A stretch of 64,000 nucleotides of DNA from an uncultured Collinsella sp. (GTDB taxonomy: Bacteria > Actinomycetota > Coriobacteriia > Coriobacteriales > Coriobacteriaceae): contig CAUAJB010000001.1 in the NCBI GenBank assembly GCA_958429225.1, positions 8,955 to 72,954 of the forward strand, given 5' to 3'. Positions 26,050-35,111 of this stretch are shown here, piece after piece. Within the stretch, counting starts at the first letter, position 1; each line of letters opens with the position of its first letter. A model generated the notes under the pieces. The model worked only from the letters and a program-made list of their open reading frames with translations. It did no database searches and was not told the DNA's origin. A program made the translations under genes and the position numbers.

Positions 26050-26982
26050 ATGATTTACACGCTCACTGCAAATCCCGCCATTGACTACAACATCGCCTGC
26101 GACGGTCTTGCTGCTAACACCGTCACGCGTACCCGCAACGCCGTATACACGCCCAACGGCAAGGGCCTCAACGTCTCGTTTACGCTCGACCACTACGGCG
26201 TCGACACCACGATTCTGGGCTTTTTCGCCGGCTTCTCGGGCGAGTTTATCGTTAAGGGCGCCGAGGCCCTGGGCGTGCCCGTCAAGCCCGTGTGGACCGA
26301 CGGCATTACGCGCGTCAATGTGTTCCTCAACGCCGGCCCCGACACCGAGTACAACATGGTCAACGCCGGTGCCGCTATCAACGAGGCCAACGAGCAGGAG
26401 ATGTTTGAGCTTATCGATTCGCTCGATGACATGACCTGCCTGGTCATCAGTGGCTCGCTGCCTCCCAACACTTCCGAGGGCTTCTTGGCCGAGGTCCTGC
26501 GCCGTGTCAAGGCCAAGGGGGCCGAGTTCGTCCTCGACATCTCGAGCCATCAGCTGGCAGACCTCATTGCTCTGGAGCCACTGCTGATCAAGCCCAATGA
26601 CGACGAGCTGCTTGATATCTTTGGCATTAAGGTGAGCGGTGGCGACGATGAGTCTGTTAAGGGCGCAATGGCCGAGCTGCACGCCAAGGGCGCCAAGAAC
26701 GTGCTGCTGACCCTTGGTGGCGACGGCGCGTACTTCTCCAACGGCGAGCACATCTGGTTTGCTAACCGCACCTTCGACGTCAAGCTGCTGTCGACGGTGT
26801 GCGCCGGTGATTCCTCACTCGCTGCCTTCCTGTCCGTGTGGCACGACGCTCCCGAGCGCGTCGAGGACGCCCTGCGCCTTTCGATGGCCACTGGCGCCAA
26901 CGTGGTCGAGTGCCCGGGCCTGGGCGACTTTGCCAAGGTGGATGAATACAAGAAGAACATCGAAGTTCGTCAGGTCTGCTAG
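26050..26982 (+). CDS. 1-phosphofructokinase/tagatose-6-P kinase-like (PfkB family), paralog 2
   Basis: Start is ATG 26050 (MIYTLTANPAIDY). It is collinear with the upstream paralog; roughly half of the positions are identical by eye. Confidence 0.8.
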   Translation: MIYTLTANPAIDYNIACDGLAANTVTRTRNAVYTPNGKGLNVSFTLDHYGVDTTILGFFAGFSGEFIVKGAEALGVPVKPVWTDGITRVNVFLNAGPDTEYNMVNAGAAINEANEQEMFELIDSLDDMTCLVISGSLPPNTSEGFLAEVLRRVKAKGAEFVLDISSHQLADLIALEPLLIKPNDDELLDIFGIKVSGGDDESVKGAMAELHAKGAKNVLLTLGGDGAYFSNGEHIWFANRTFDVKLLSTVCAGDSSLAAFLSVWHDAPERVEDALRLSMATGANVVECPGLGDFAKVDEYKKNIEVRQVC

Positions 26983-27004
26983 CCGCATCGAATAATCGCT
27001 GCCG

Positions 27005-27041
27005 AACACCCGCTTTGGATCTCCGAGGCGGGTGTTTTTTG
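27005..27041 (+). terminator. Rho-independent terminator
   Basis: AACACCCGC/GCGGGTGTT stem followed by a T-run. Confidence 0.8.
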
Positions 27042-27177
27042 TGCGCTGAACGTATGTGGCGTCTGCTTTCTCGTTTTATCGAATCGACGGCGCGATTGCG
27101 TGTGCGCGCTTTCTCGTTTCTTGTTAGACTTCTTGAGAACCATCGATTAACGCTCGCAAGTGCAGGAGGCCATAGGC

Positions 27178-28572
27178 ATGTGCAATGTTTCGCTCAACGG
27201 TACGCAACCGTCCAATGCCTCTCTGCACGTCCTGCGCGCGCTTGAGACGGCTGGTCTTGAGGCTTGGTACGTTGGCGGTTGGGTGCGCGACGCCCTGATG
27301 GGATGCCCCAGTCACGATGTTGATATGTGCTGTAGCGGCCTGTGGCAGGAGTCCAAGGCGGCGCTCGGGGCCGCTGGTATCGCGGTCGTGGAGTCGGGCA
27401 TTAAATTTGGCGGAATCACGGCTATTTTCGATGGCGAGCGTATCGAGGTCACCACGTACCGTCTGGATGGCTTTTACACTGATGGTCGCCATCCCCAGAG
27501 TGTGGAGCGTGCCGCCTCACTCGAGGACGATCTGACGCGTCGCGACTTTACCGTCAACGCCATGGCCTGGCATCCCGAGCGCGGGCTAGTCGACCGCTAC
27601 GACGGCCAGGGCGACTTGGAGCGCAAGCTGATTCGCGCTGTCGGCGATCCCAAGCGTCGCTTTAACGAGGACGCCCTGCGCATGCTGCGTGCGGTACGCT
27701 TTGCCTGCCGCCTGGACTTTATGATTGAGCCCGAGACTAAGCGCGCGCTTGCCGAGTGCGCGCCGCTGCTCGATGCCGTGGCGCGTGAGCGTGTGGGTAT
27801 TGAGCTCGAGGGCATTCTTTCGACCGGTCATGGGGGAGACGCGATGCTCCGCTATCCCGAGCTCATCTGCGCCGCCGTGCCCGAGTTGGCAGCGGGTCGC
27901 GGGTTTGATCAACGCAGTGTCTATCATGCGTTTAACGTCTACGAGCATATCGCCCGTGTGCTGACGGTGGCGGGGGAGCTGGCGCTGTGCGACGGCGTCG
28001 CGCCCTCGTCGAGCCTGATGTGGGCGGCGTTTTTGCACGATGTGTCCAAGCCCGAGTGCTTTACGGTTGATCACGCCGGCAGCGGACACTTCTATGGTCA
28101 TCCCGAGCTCGGCGCCAAGAAGGCGCGCGTCATTATGGATCGCCTGGCGCTCTCGCACGATTTGGTGCGCGACGTGTGCCTGCTCATCAAATATCACGAC
28201 AAGCCTCTGCGCCCCGAGCGCTCCTGCCTGCTCAATATGATGCGCGCGCTTTCGGGCGAGGGCGTCGATACGCCGCGTCTGATGGACGAGCTCATGGACC
28301 TCAAGCGTGCCGACACACTTGGCAAGGCCCCGTCGTGCTTCTATTACGTCGAGACGATTGAGGAGATGCGCGCGATGGCGCACGAGCTGCTGAATGCGGG
28401 GGAACCCTATACGCTCAGGATGCTCGCCATCAACGGCGGCGACCTGATCCGTGCCGGAGTCAAGCCCGGGCCTGAACTGGGTCAGCTTCTCAACGCCGCC
28501 CTCGACGCCGTGATTGAAGACAACATTCCCAACGAGCGCGAAGCTCTTTTGGTCCATCTCAACTTGAATTAG
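27178..28572 (+). CDS. cca: CCA-adding tRNA nucleotidyltransferase with C-terminal HD domain
   Basis: ATG 27178 lies 8 nt after RBS AGGAGG. The PolyA-pol head motif GGWVRD and DLTRRDFTVNAM are present, along with the HD region FLHDVSKP. Confidence 0.9.
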   Translation: MCNVSLNGTQPSNASLHVLRALETAGLEAWYVGGWVRDALMGCPSHDVDMCCSGLWQESKAALGAAGIAVVESGIKFGGITAIFDGERIEVTTYRLDGFYTDGRHPQSVERAASLEDDLTRRDFTVNAMAWHPERGLVDRYDGQGDLERKLIRAVGDPKRRFNEDALRMLRAVRFACRLDFMIEPETKRALAECAPLLDAVARERVGIELEGILSTGHGGDAMLRYPELICAAVPELAAGRGFDQRSVYHAFNVYEHIARVLTVAGELALCDGVAPSSSLMWAAFLHDVSKPECFTVDHAGSGHFYGHPELGAKKARVIMDRLALSHDLVRDVCLLIKYHDKPLRPERSCLLNMMRALSGEGVDTPRLMDELMDLKRADTLGKAPSCFYYVETIEEMRAMAHELLNAGEPYTLRMLAINGGDLIRAGVKPGPELGQLLNAALDAVIEDNIPNEREALLVHLNLN

Positions 28573-28636
28573 CTACCTAGTTTACCTGCGTGTTCCATAA
28601 CCTGCCGACAATTTTTCGGCAATTTGGAATTTCTTC

Positions 28637-28665
28637 TTGCGCTGACGTTTTTTGTCCCTTAATAT
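28637..28665 (+). promoter_or_regulatory. Putative promoter of the tRNA-Glu pair
   Basis: -35 TTGCGC (28637-28642), a 17-nt spacer, then -10 TAATAT (28660-28665), 35 nt upstream of the first tRNA. Confidence 0.5.
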
Positions 28666-28699
28666 ATTTCCTCGCAGCACGGCAGTGCAGATGTCATGT

Positions 28700-28776
28700 G
28701 GCCCGTTCGTCTAGCGGTTTAGGACGCCGCCCTCTCAAGGCGGAGATCACCAGTTCGAATCTGGTACGGGCTACCA
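28700..28776 (+). tRNA. tRNA-Glu (anticodon CUC), CCA encoded
   Basis: A cloverleaf folds by hand: acceptor GGCCCGT/ACGGGCT, D stem GTCT/GGAC, anticodon stem CCGCC/GGCGG with loop CTCTCAA, and T arm ACCAG-TTCGAAT-CTGGT, followed by the discriminator A and CCA. Confidence 0.9.
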
Positions 28777-28798
28777 CTTCTTTTCTGCTGAGGCTTAT

Positions 28799-28875
28799 GG
28801 CCCGTTCGTCTAGCGGTTTAGGACGCCGCCCTCTCAAGGCGGAGATCACCAGTTCGAATCTGGTACGGGCTACCA
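28799..28875 (+). tRNA. tRNA-Glu (anticodon CUC), identical second copy
   Basis: The 77 nt are identical to 28700-28776, separated from it by a 22-nt spacer. Confidence 0.9.
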
Positions 28876-28885
28876 CGTATCTGAT

Positions 28886-28918
28886 ACCCGGCCTTCCAAC
28901 GGAAGTCCGGGTTTTTTA
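28886..28918 (+). terminator. Rho-independent terminator after the tRNA pair
   Basis: ACCCGG..TTCC aac GGAA..CCGGGT stem followed by TTTTTTATTTT. Confidence 0.8.
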
Positions 28919-29025
28919 TTTTCAAACAACCGTCTGCAATTCCCGTTTGAACCAGAGCTTTGCGTTCTGTCTATGGTCCTTGCGGGTACAATATCCAAGA
29001 TATTTTGACTGTTAGAAGGAGTCTC

Positions 29026-30333
29026 ATGACGGAGTCCTCTCAGCATACGTCTAAGCCCCAGGTCGAGGTTGAGGCCTCGGGCGGAGATGACAATAAGAGC
29101 GCACGCCGCGGCGCCATCTTTATCGGCGTCGTGCTGGTGGGTTATATCGTCTATCTGGTGGTAACCGGGCAGATGGGGCAGTTCTGGGCCGCTATGTCGA
29201 GCGTCCAGGCGTCATGGCTCGTTGTCGCGTGTCTTTGCATGTTCATGTATCTGTTCTTTGGCATTGTGGCCTATGCGATCGCTGTCTGGCTCGACCCCAA
29301 TTCACCCGTCGGCATTCGCGACCTGATCTCGGTCGAGGCGAGTGGCATCTTCTTTGGCAACCTCACACCTATGATGATGGGCTCGACTCCTGCTCAGATC
29401 TACCGCCTGACCAAAGCGGGCCAAAATGTCGGCGAGGCCGGAGCCACGCAGTTCACGCGCTTTATCGTGTATCAGTTTGGCCTCGTTGCCTGGGGCGCTA
29501 TCTTACTGCTTGCTCGCATGCCGTTTTTTGCCGAGCGCTATGGCGACATGACGCTGCTGTGCGTCTTTAGCTTTGGTGGACACTGCTGCATCTTGCTTGG
29601 CATCTTCGCCGTCGCGCTCATGCCTAAGACCGTCACGCGCGTCGCCCATTGCATCATCAATTGGCTCGAGCGCATTGGTGTCTCGGCCACTAAGATCGAG
29701 GGTTGGCGCACGTTTGTCGATGGCGAGATCTACTCCTTCTCCGAGAAGTTTAAGCTTTCTGCCGGACATTTTTCTTCCATGCTGCTCACCGTGTTTATCA
29801 CTATGCTGCAGCTCGCGTTTTTCTATCTGGTGCCGTATTTCCTGATGCTTGCCTTTGGCCACCACGAGGTCGACTTTTTCTCGGTCATGGCCGCGAGCGC
29901 CTTTGTCCAGCTGCTGAGCTCTGCGGTTCCCTTGCCCGGTGGAACTGGTGGCGCTGAGGGCGGCTTTGCATTGTTCTTGGGTCATTTCTTTGGGTCGGCT
30001 TCGACCGCCGGCTATCTGCTGTGGCGCCTCATTACGTTTATCGCGCCGACCATTTTGGCTGCGCCCCTGCTGGGACTTAAGAGCGCCCACAATGAGAGCA
30101 TCCATGCGCGCTGGGATCGTGTGATGCGCAAGCTCGGTCGCACGCCTCAGACGCCCTCTGCGCCCACTAAGCCGCACCCCACGAATGCTGTTACCGTTGA
30201 TCCCAAGAAGCGCGCTCAGAAGGCTTCTGGGACCGCTCAGCCGGCTCATAAAGCCTATGTGCGTCAGACAGGCGATGGTATTCGCGTATCTCCGTCGGCA
30301 CTCAATAAGAAGAAGCATCCCAAGTCGCAGTAG
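29026..30333 (+). CDS. UPF0104/LPG-synthase-TM-type (flippase-like) membrane protein with basic C-terminal tail
   Basis: ATG 29026 follows RBS AAGGAG. It is a polytopic protein carrying the family-typical VPLPGGTGGAEGGF. Confidence 0.7.
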   Translation: MTESSQHTSKPQVEVEASGGDDNKSARRGAIFIGVVLVGYIVYLVVTGQMGQFWAAMSSVQASWLVVACLCMFMYLFFGIVAYAIAVWLDPNSPVGIRDLISVEASGIFFGNLTPMMMGSTPAQIYRLTKAGQNVGEAGATQFTRFIVYQFGLVAWGAILLLARMPFFAERYGDMTLLCVFSFGGHCCILLGIFAVALMPKTVTRVAHCIINWLERIGVSATKIEGWRTFVDGEIYSFSEKFKLSAGHFSSMLLTVFITMLQLAFFYLVPYFLMLAFGHHEVDFFSVMAASAFVQLLSSAVPLPGGTGGAEGGFALFLGHFFGSASTAGYLLWRLITFIAPTILAAPLLGLKSAHNESIHARWDRVMRKLGRTPQTPSAPTKPHPTNAVTVDPKKRAQKASGTAQPAHKAYVRQTGDGIRVSPSALNKKKHPKSQ

Positions 30334-30449
30334 GGCAGTCGTGCGTTCTTCATGATGCGGGGCATATTTGTGCTGTATGGGGGATAATCCTCTTACGTAG
30401 ATTATCTCTCATCTGTTGATGAATGCTCGCATATCGAAGGGACACGCCC

Positions 30450-31061
30450 ATGGCAACCAGCAAACCGCGTCTTGACCGCCGCATTGTTCGCAGCCGTAAT
30501 GCCATCCTTTCGGCTTTCGAGCGCCTGCTCATGGAAAAGCCGCTGACAGACATTACGGTGAGTGCCATCGCACGCGAGGCCAATGTCGACCGCAAAACCT
30601 TCTACGTGCACTTTGGCACGGTTGACGGCCTGCTCGATGCCATTGCCGTCGATGTGGTGGAGATGATTGTCGACTCGGTCGAGAAAACGCTTGCTTCCAT
30701 GGACGGCGACACCAACGAGCGCGCCCTGGGCGCGGCGGCGACCTTCTTTAAAACCGTTAACGAGGCACTGTGCAACAACTTGGTGCTCAATCGTCAGCTG
30801 ATCGAGAACATTCCGCTTGATGATTTCATGGCTCGTCTTCGTGCGCCGCTCGAGCACGAGATTGCCGAGCGCGATTTGCTGCCCCAAGGTCTCAAGGACG
30901 AGATGTTCGATTACTATCTTGCGTTTTTGCTGTCCGGTATCATCGGCATCTATCGCACGTGGGCGCTGTCTGACGGTTCGGTTCCTATCGAGCGTGTCTC
31001 GGAGGTTGCTAATAATCTGACGTTGAGCGGTCTTTCAAGTTTGGAATCTCGCTTGGATTAG
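30450..31061 (+). CDS. TetR/AcrR-family transcriptional regulator
   Basis: It has an N-terminal HTH: RSRNAILSAFERLLMEKPLTDITVSAIAREANVDRKTFYVHF. Confidence 0.85.
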   Translation: MATSKPRLDRRIVRSRNAILSAFERLLMEKPLTDITVSAIAREANVDRKTFYVHFGTVDGLLDAIAVDVVEMIVDSVEKTLASMDGDTNERALGAAATFFKTVNEALCNNLVLNRQLIENIPLDDFMARLRAPLEHEIAERDLLPQGLKDEMFDYYLAFLLSGIIGIYRTWALSDGSVPIERVSEVANNLTLSGLSSLESRLD

Positions 31062-31173
31062 GTCTAGTTGGGCTCGTCGGCGTGGAAATTCCTGTTCACG
31101 AGGTTCTCCGGTGCCTTGGAGACCTCGCCGGCGTAGGAGCTATAGCCTGAGGATCCTTAAAAGAAAGTCCAGT

Positions 31174-32490
31174 TTATCCTTCCCACTCCAAATGGGAATC
31201 CTCCGATGCGTCTTCGCACGCTTGCATGACCTCGATACCATGCGAGCGTGCGAACTCGACGAGCTCTGCGTTGCGGGCGTTTATGGTGCCGAAGGCGGCG
31301 GGGCACACGATAAGGCGCGCGCAGTGGACGAGGAGCTCTTTGGCGCGGGCTATGGTTTTATCCCCGATCGGCTCGAAGGCGCGCTCGGCCACGCATTCCG
31401 TCGCCAGGTCGCGCGCGAGCTCGCAGTCGATGTCCCCTTCGTGCAGAACGCCCGCGTAGAATGCCTTGCCCTGCCGGATGAGCTGGCGAAACACAGCCGA
31501 CCCCGTACCTGCGCCGGCGATGACGAACGTGTGCGCATCGCCGTGCGGGCGCCCAATTTCCACGCTGCCGAAGCGCTCGTTGAAGGTGCCATGTTGAAGG
31601 CCGTAGAGCTTGCCAATCGTCTCGCGCGTGAATATGTCCTCGGGTGCGCCGGCGCGGAAGACCCGGCCGTCCTTCACGCAAATCACCTTGTCGGCGCTTT
31701 TCTGCGCGAGCTCGAGTTCGTGGATGGACATGATGACAGCCACATTCCGCGATTTCGCAAGGTGGCGAAGTATCCGCAGCAGGTCGATCTGGTAGCGGAT
31801 ATCGAGATACGACGTGGGCTCGTCGAGCACGAGCACGCGCGGATCCTGCGCGATGGCGCGTGCGAGCATGACGCGCTGGCGTTGCCCGTCGCTTATCTGC
31901 ATGAAGTCGCGCTCGGCGAGCTCTTCCACACGTGCGGTTTTCATGGCTTCATCGACCCGACTATGGTCGTCGGGCGAGAGTGTGCCCATTCGCCCGGTGT
32001 AGGGATGCCTTCCCGCCTCCACGATATCGCGGCAGGTGAGGAGCTCGGTCCGGGGGCGATCTGTCAGCATAACGGCAAGGTTCCTTGCGAACTCCGCCGT
32101 CTTCCATCGGGAAATCTCTCGCCCGTCGAGCTCGACCGCGCCGGCAAGCGGTGTCAGATGGCGTGTGATGGTTTTCAAGATGGTCGACTTGCCCGAGCCG
32201 TTCGGCCCGATGAGCGCCACGACGTCGCCCGCGCGAACCTTCAGGTCGACGCCTTCGACTACGACCTTCTTGTCGTAGCCCGCCGACAGGTCGCTTATGC
32301 GGAAAAGCGGCGCTCCGTCAGCCTGCGTTTCGACCGGGGTTTCGAGGTTCGGCTCCGCTCGGAGGAGGCGTTCCGCGCGCAGTTCCGCACGAGCCGAAAG
32401 TGCCTTCTGGCGCTTTCGTGCGAGCTCAGGACTGGCCAAGCATGGAATGTTCCCTCCGAGCGTTTTGGTCCGCGGCACGAATTCCCCCAT
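31174..32490 (-). CDS. ABC importer ATP-binding protein (FecE/BtuD-like) with N- and C-terminal extensions
   Basis: Walker A GPNGSGKST, signature SDGQRQR and Walker B LVLDEPT are present. The ATG directly abuts the permease stop (TAGATG). About 140 additional C-terminal residues follow the ABC domain. Confidence 0.85.
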   Translation of the reverse strand: MGEFVPRTKTLGGNIPCLASPELARKRQKALSARAELRAERLLRAEPNLETPVETQADGAPLFRISDLSAGYDKKVVVEGVDLKVRAGDVVALIGPNGSGKSTILKTITRHLTPLAGAVELDGREISRWKTAEFARNLAVMLTDRPRTELLTCRDIVEAGRHPYTGRMGTLSPDDHSRVDEAMKTARVEELAERDFMQISDGQRQRVMLARAIAQDPRVLVLDEPTSYLDIRYQIDLLRILRHLAKSRNVAVIMSIHELELAQKSADKVICVKDGRVFRAGAPEDIFTRETIGKLYGLQHGTFNERFGSVEIGRPHGDAHTFVIAGAGTGSAVFRQLIRQGKAFYAGVLHEGDIDCELARDLATECVAERAFEPIGDKTIARAKELLVHCARLIVCPAAFGTINARNAELVEFARSHGIEVMQACEDASEDSHLEWEG

Positions 32491-33531
32491 CTACCTCACC
32501 CGCTTCTTCAACATGAGTGCAATAACCACCGGCGCGCCGAAGATGGCGGTGACGGCGCTGATGGAAAGCTCGACGGGGGAGAACAGCGTGCGCGCGATCA
32601 AATCGCAGCCCGCGCAGAAGATGGCGCCTCCCAAGAAGCACGCAGGAATCACGCGGATGGGCTTCGACGACTTCAACGCCGACTTCACGAGATGCGGAAC
32701 CGCGATGCCTACGAACGACACCGGACCAGCGAACGCGGTCACGCAGGCAGAGAGCATGCTCGCTAGAAGGACGAGCACCACGCGGAAGCGTGCGACGTTC
32801 ACGCCGACGCTTTTCGCGTAGGCTTCTCCCAGCTGGAAGGCGGAAAGGGGCTTCGATATCGCGAATACGCATGCGCTCACGGTGATCACCACGACCGCGA
32901 TGACCGCGATGTCGTTCCAGCTCGAACCCGAGAAGCTACCCAAAGACCAGTTGTGCAGGTTCACGATGGACTGGTCGTCGGCGAAGGCGATGAGGAAGTT
33001 CGTCGCCGCCGAGCAGATGTATCCCACCATGACGCCCGCCACGATGAGCATGGCCATGGAACTTATGCGCCGTGCGATGAGGAGCACGAAGCCGATGGTG
33101 ATAAGCGAGCCCAGAAACGCTGCGGCCACCATGGCCGGCGAGGACATGGCCTGGTTCGCGTCCAGAAGTGCGATCATCGTAAGCGCGACGACGAACTTTG
33201 CGCCCGAGGAGACGCCCAAGATGAACGGGTCGGCGATGGGGTTGTTGAAAAACGTCTGCAGTAGGAACCCGGAAAGCGAAAGTGCCCCGCCGAGAAGCAC
33301 GGCTGAAAGCACGCGCGGCAGGCGAATCTCCCAGATGACCTGGCTTTCCATGGAATTGGCCGCGCCGCCCGAAAGGATGCCGGGGATGTGGTCTGCTGGC
33401 ACGAGCACGCTCCCGATGCACAGGTTGGCCCCGACGAGCACGATGAGGGCAACAGCGAGCAGCGCCGTCACGACGCGACACCGCGCGGCGCGCCCCGATT
33501 CGTCGTATGTCATGGAAAGTCGGCTTTTCAT
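32491..33531 (-). CDS. FecCD-family ABC permease (BtuC-like)
   Basis: The 346-aa polytopic protein carries LPRVLSAVLLGGALSLSGFLLQ and GPVSFVGIAVPHL, typical of iron-chelate/B12 permeases. Confidence 0.9.
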   Translation of the reverse strand: MKSRLSMTYDESGRAARCRVVTALLAVALIVLVGANLCIGSVLVPADHIPGILSGGAANSMESQVIWEIRLPRVLSAVLLGGALSLSGFLLQTFFNNPIADPFILGVSSGAKFVVALTMIALLDANQAMSSPAMVAAAFLGSLITIGFVLLIARRISSMAMLIVAGVMVGYICSAATNFLIAFADDQSIVNLHNWSLGSFSGSSWNDIAVIAVVVITVSACVFAISKPLSAFQLGEAYAKSVGVNVARFRVVLVLLASMLSACVTAFAGPVSFVGIAVPHLVKSALKSSKPIRVIPACFLGGAIFCAGCDLIARTLFSPVELSISAVTAIFGAPVVIALMLKKRVR

Positions 33532-33535
33532 GGTG

Positions 33536-35107
33536 CTAGCCGAGCTTCCTCAGATAATGGAAGTCGCTCGCGTCATCGCCGGTGAACGCCCCGTGCAGCT
33601 CGTCGATAATGTCGGCGGTAGAAGTCATCTGCTGGTACATGTCGGCGCTTGTGACCCAGACGTTGCCGTTCTTCACGGCTTTGAACTGCGACAATAGCGC
33701 GTTTTTGCCTACGAAGTCGTTCAAGGTGGCAACCGATTCGTCGATGGTGCCGTTGTAGACGATGATGTCGGCATCCTTCGCCGTCGCGTAGAAGCGCTCC
33801 ATTTCGAGCGTTACTGACGAACCTGACGTCGACGCCGTCTGCGCGTCATCGAGCGCGTAGCTGCCGCCTGCAAGCTCGATCATCTGCGCCACGTAGTCGC
33901 CCGCCCGCCTCGTGACGGCGGCCCCGTTCGAGTTAATGTAGAAATACGCCACGGTTTTACCTGACGACGCGAGCCCCGACGTTTGCTCGACGCGGGCCTT
34001 CTGCTCGTTGAACAGGTGCGCGGCCTCGTCTTCCTTGTCGAACAGGACGCCGAAAAGCTTAATCCACTCGACGCGCCCGAGTGCTTCGGGCTCGCTCGAC
34101 GACTGTTCGGTGAGCACGACGAGCCCGAGCTTCTGCAGCTTTTCCTTCACATCGGGCGTGTGGTTGATCATGGTGTTCTCGATGGCGAGCGTGCAGCCCG
34201 AGGCCGATATTCGCTCGTAGTCGGGCGCGCTGTACTTGCCGCCGTAGGCGATCGCCCCACTTTCGAGCGCGCTTTTGAAGCGCGCGACCGAGCAATCGTC
34301 GGCCTTCGTGCCCGACATTAAGATATTGTCGTTCGCATCGAGCGCGTCGACCAGGCACATCGTTGCCGACGACACGAGGTACACCTTGTCGGCGGGGCGC
34401 CTTATGACCGCGATGTCGGAGCTCAACCCATCAGGTACCTTCGCATCTTGCGGCACCACGAGGAAGCGCTCCCCGTTCGAAACGCAGATAAGCCGCAGGC
34501 CGCCTTCGTACTCGTCGACAGTGAAGTGCTTGGCGTATTCAAGCTGAAGCGCCCCCGTCGGCTCCCAGCCGCAGCCCAAATCGGCGTTGTGGAAGTCGGC
34601 CGCGGCGCTTGAAGCCGTTACCGCAGGGGAACCGCCGCTTGCATCGTCGCCCGATTTCTCCTTCATGGTGGATGAGTCGAAGTAGAGCGTGTAGTCGATG
34701 GTGTGCGGCGTCGACATGGCGACGGTCTCGGCCGACACGGCGATGTCCTCGTCGAGCGTGACGGGTATCTCGAATGTGGAGTTGCCGCCGTCGTTTACAG
34801 GCGCGTAGTCCACGCCGTCGACGGTCATTTTGTCGTAGTTCGAACTCAACCAGGTGATGGTCGCGGTGTAGGTGTCGCCATCCTTCACAATTGTGGTGGG
34901 TGAGGCGATGCTTGCGCGCCCTGACCCGCCGGAAAGCGAGACGCTCACAGTGTATTCCTGAGAGCCCGCCGTGCCACCGGTCGCGTTCGGGCTCGCACTG
35001 CACCCCGCGAAGGGAAGCGCGAACAGGGCGACGAGAACGCAGGCGATCGCGCGCACCGCGATGCTGCGACGCTTCCTGCTTTCCCCCTTGGGAAGAATCG
35101 ACCGCAT
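33536..35107 (-). CDS. Lipoprotein substrate-binding protein (BtuF/Peripla_BP_2-like) with an extra N-terminal domain
   Basis: It has a signal peptide with lipobox FAGC, then an extra domain of about 110 aa, then a class-III SBP region (KVYLVSSATMCLVDALDA, TVAYFYINSNG). Confidence 0.8.
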   Translation of the reverse strand: MRSILPKGESRKRRSIAVRAIACVLVALFALPFAGCSASPNATGGTAGSQEYTVSVSLSGGSGRASIASPTTIVKDGDTYTATITWLSSNYDKMTVDGVDYAPVNDGGNSTFEIPVTLDEDIAVSAETVAMSTPHTIDYTLYFDSSTMKEKSGDDASGGSPAVTASSAAADFHNADLGCGWEPTGALQLEYAKHFTVDEYEGGLRLICVSNGERFLVVPQDAKVPDGLSSDIAVIRRPADKVYLVSSATMCLVDALDANDNILMSGTKADDCSVARFKSALESGAIAYGGKYSAPDYERISASGCTLAIENTMINHTPDVKEKLQKLGLVVLTEQSSSEPEALGRVEWIKLFGVLFDKEDEAAHLFNEQKARVEQTSGLASSGKTVAYFYINSNGAAVTRRAGDYVAQMIELAGGSYALDDAQTASTSGSSVTLEMERFYATAKDADIIVYNGTIDESVATLNDFVGKNALLSQFKAVKNGNVWVTSADMYQQMTSTADIIDELHGAFTGDDASDFHYLRKLG

Positions 35108-35111
35108 GGCG

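Noticed and set aside
28590-29015. ORFs of 141 aa (+) and 60 aa (-) spanning a 77-nt direct repeat with a 22-nt spacer. I briefly considered a mini CRISPR-like array.
   Set aside because: The repeats fold into complete tRNA-Glu cloverleaves ending in CCA. There are only two copies and no cas genes.
31111-32766. A 551-aa plus-strand ORF across the ABC ATPase and permease genes. Many similar long ORFs occur in every frame between 31 and 53 kb.
   Set aside because: These are artefacts of the very high GC content of this block. In each case one frame has strong family motifs and operon-consistent start/stop coupling, while the others are Arg/Ala/Pro/Gly-rich nonsense.
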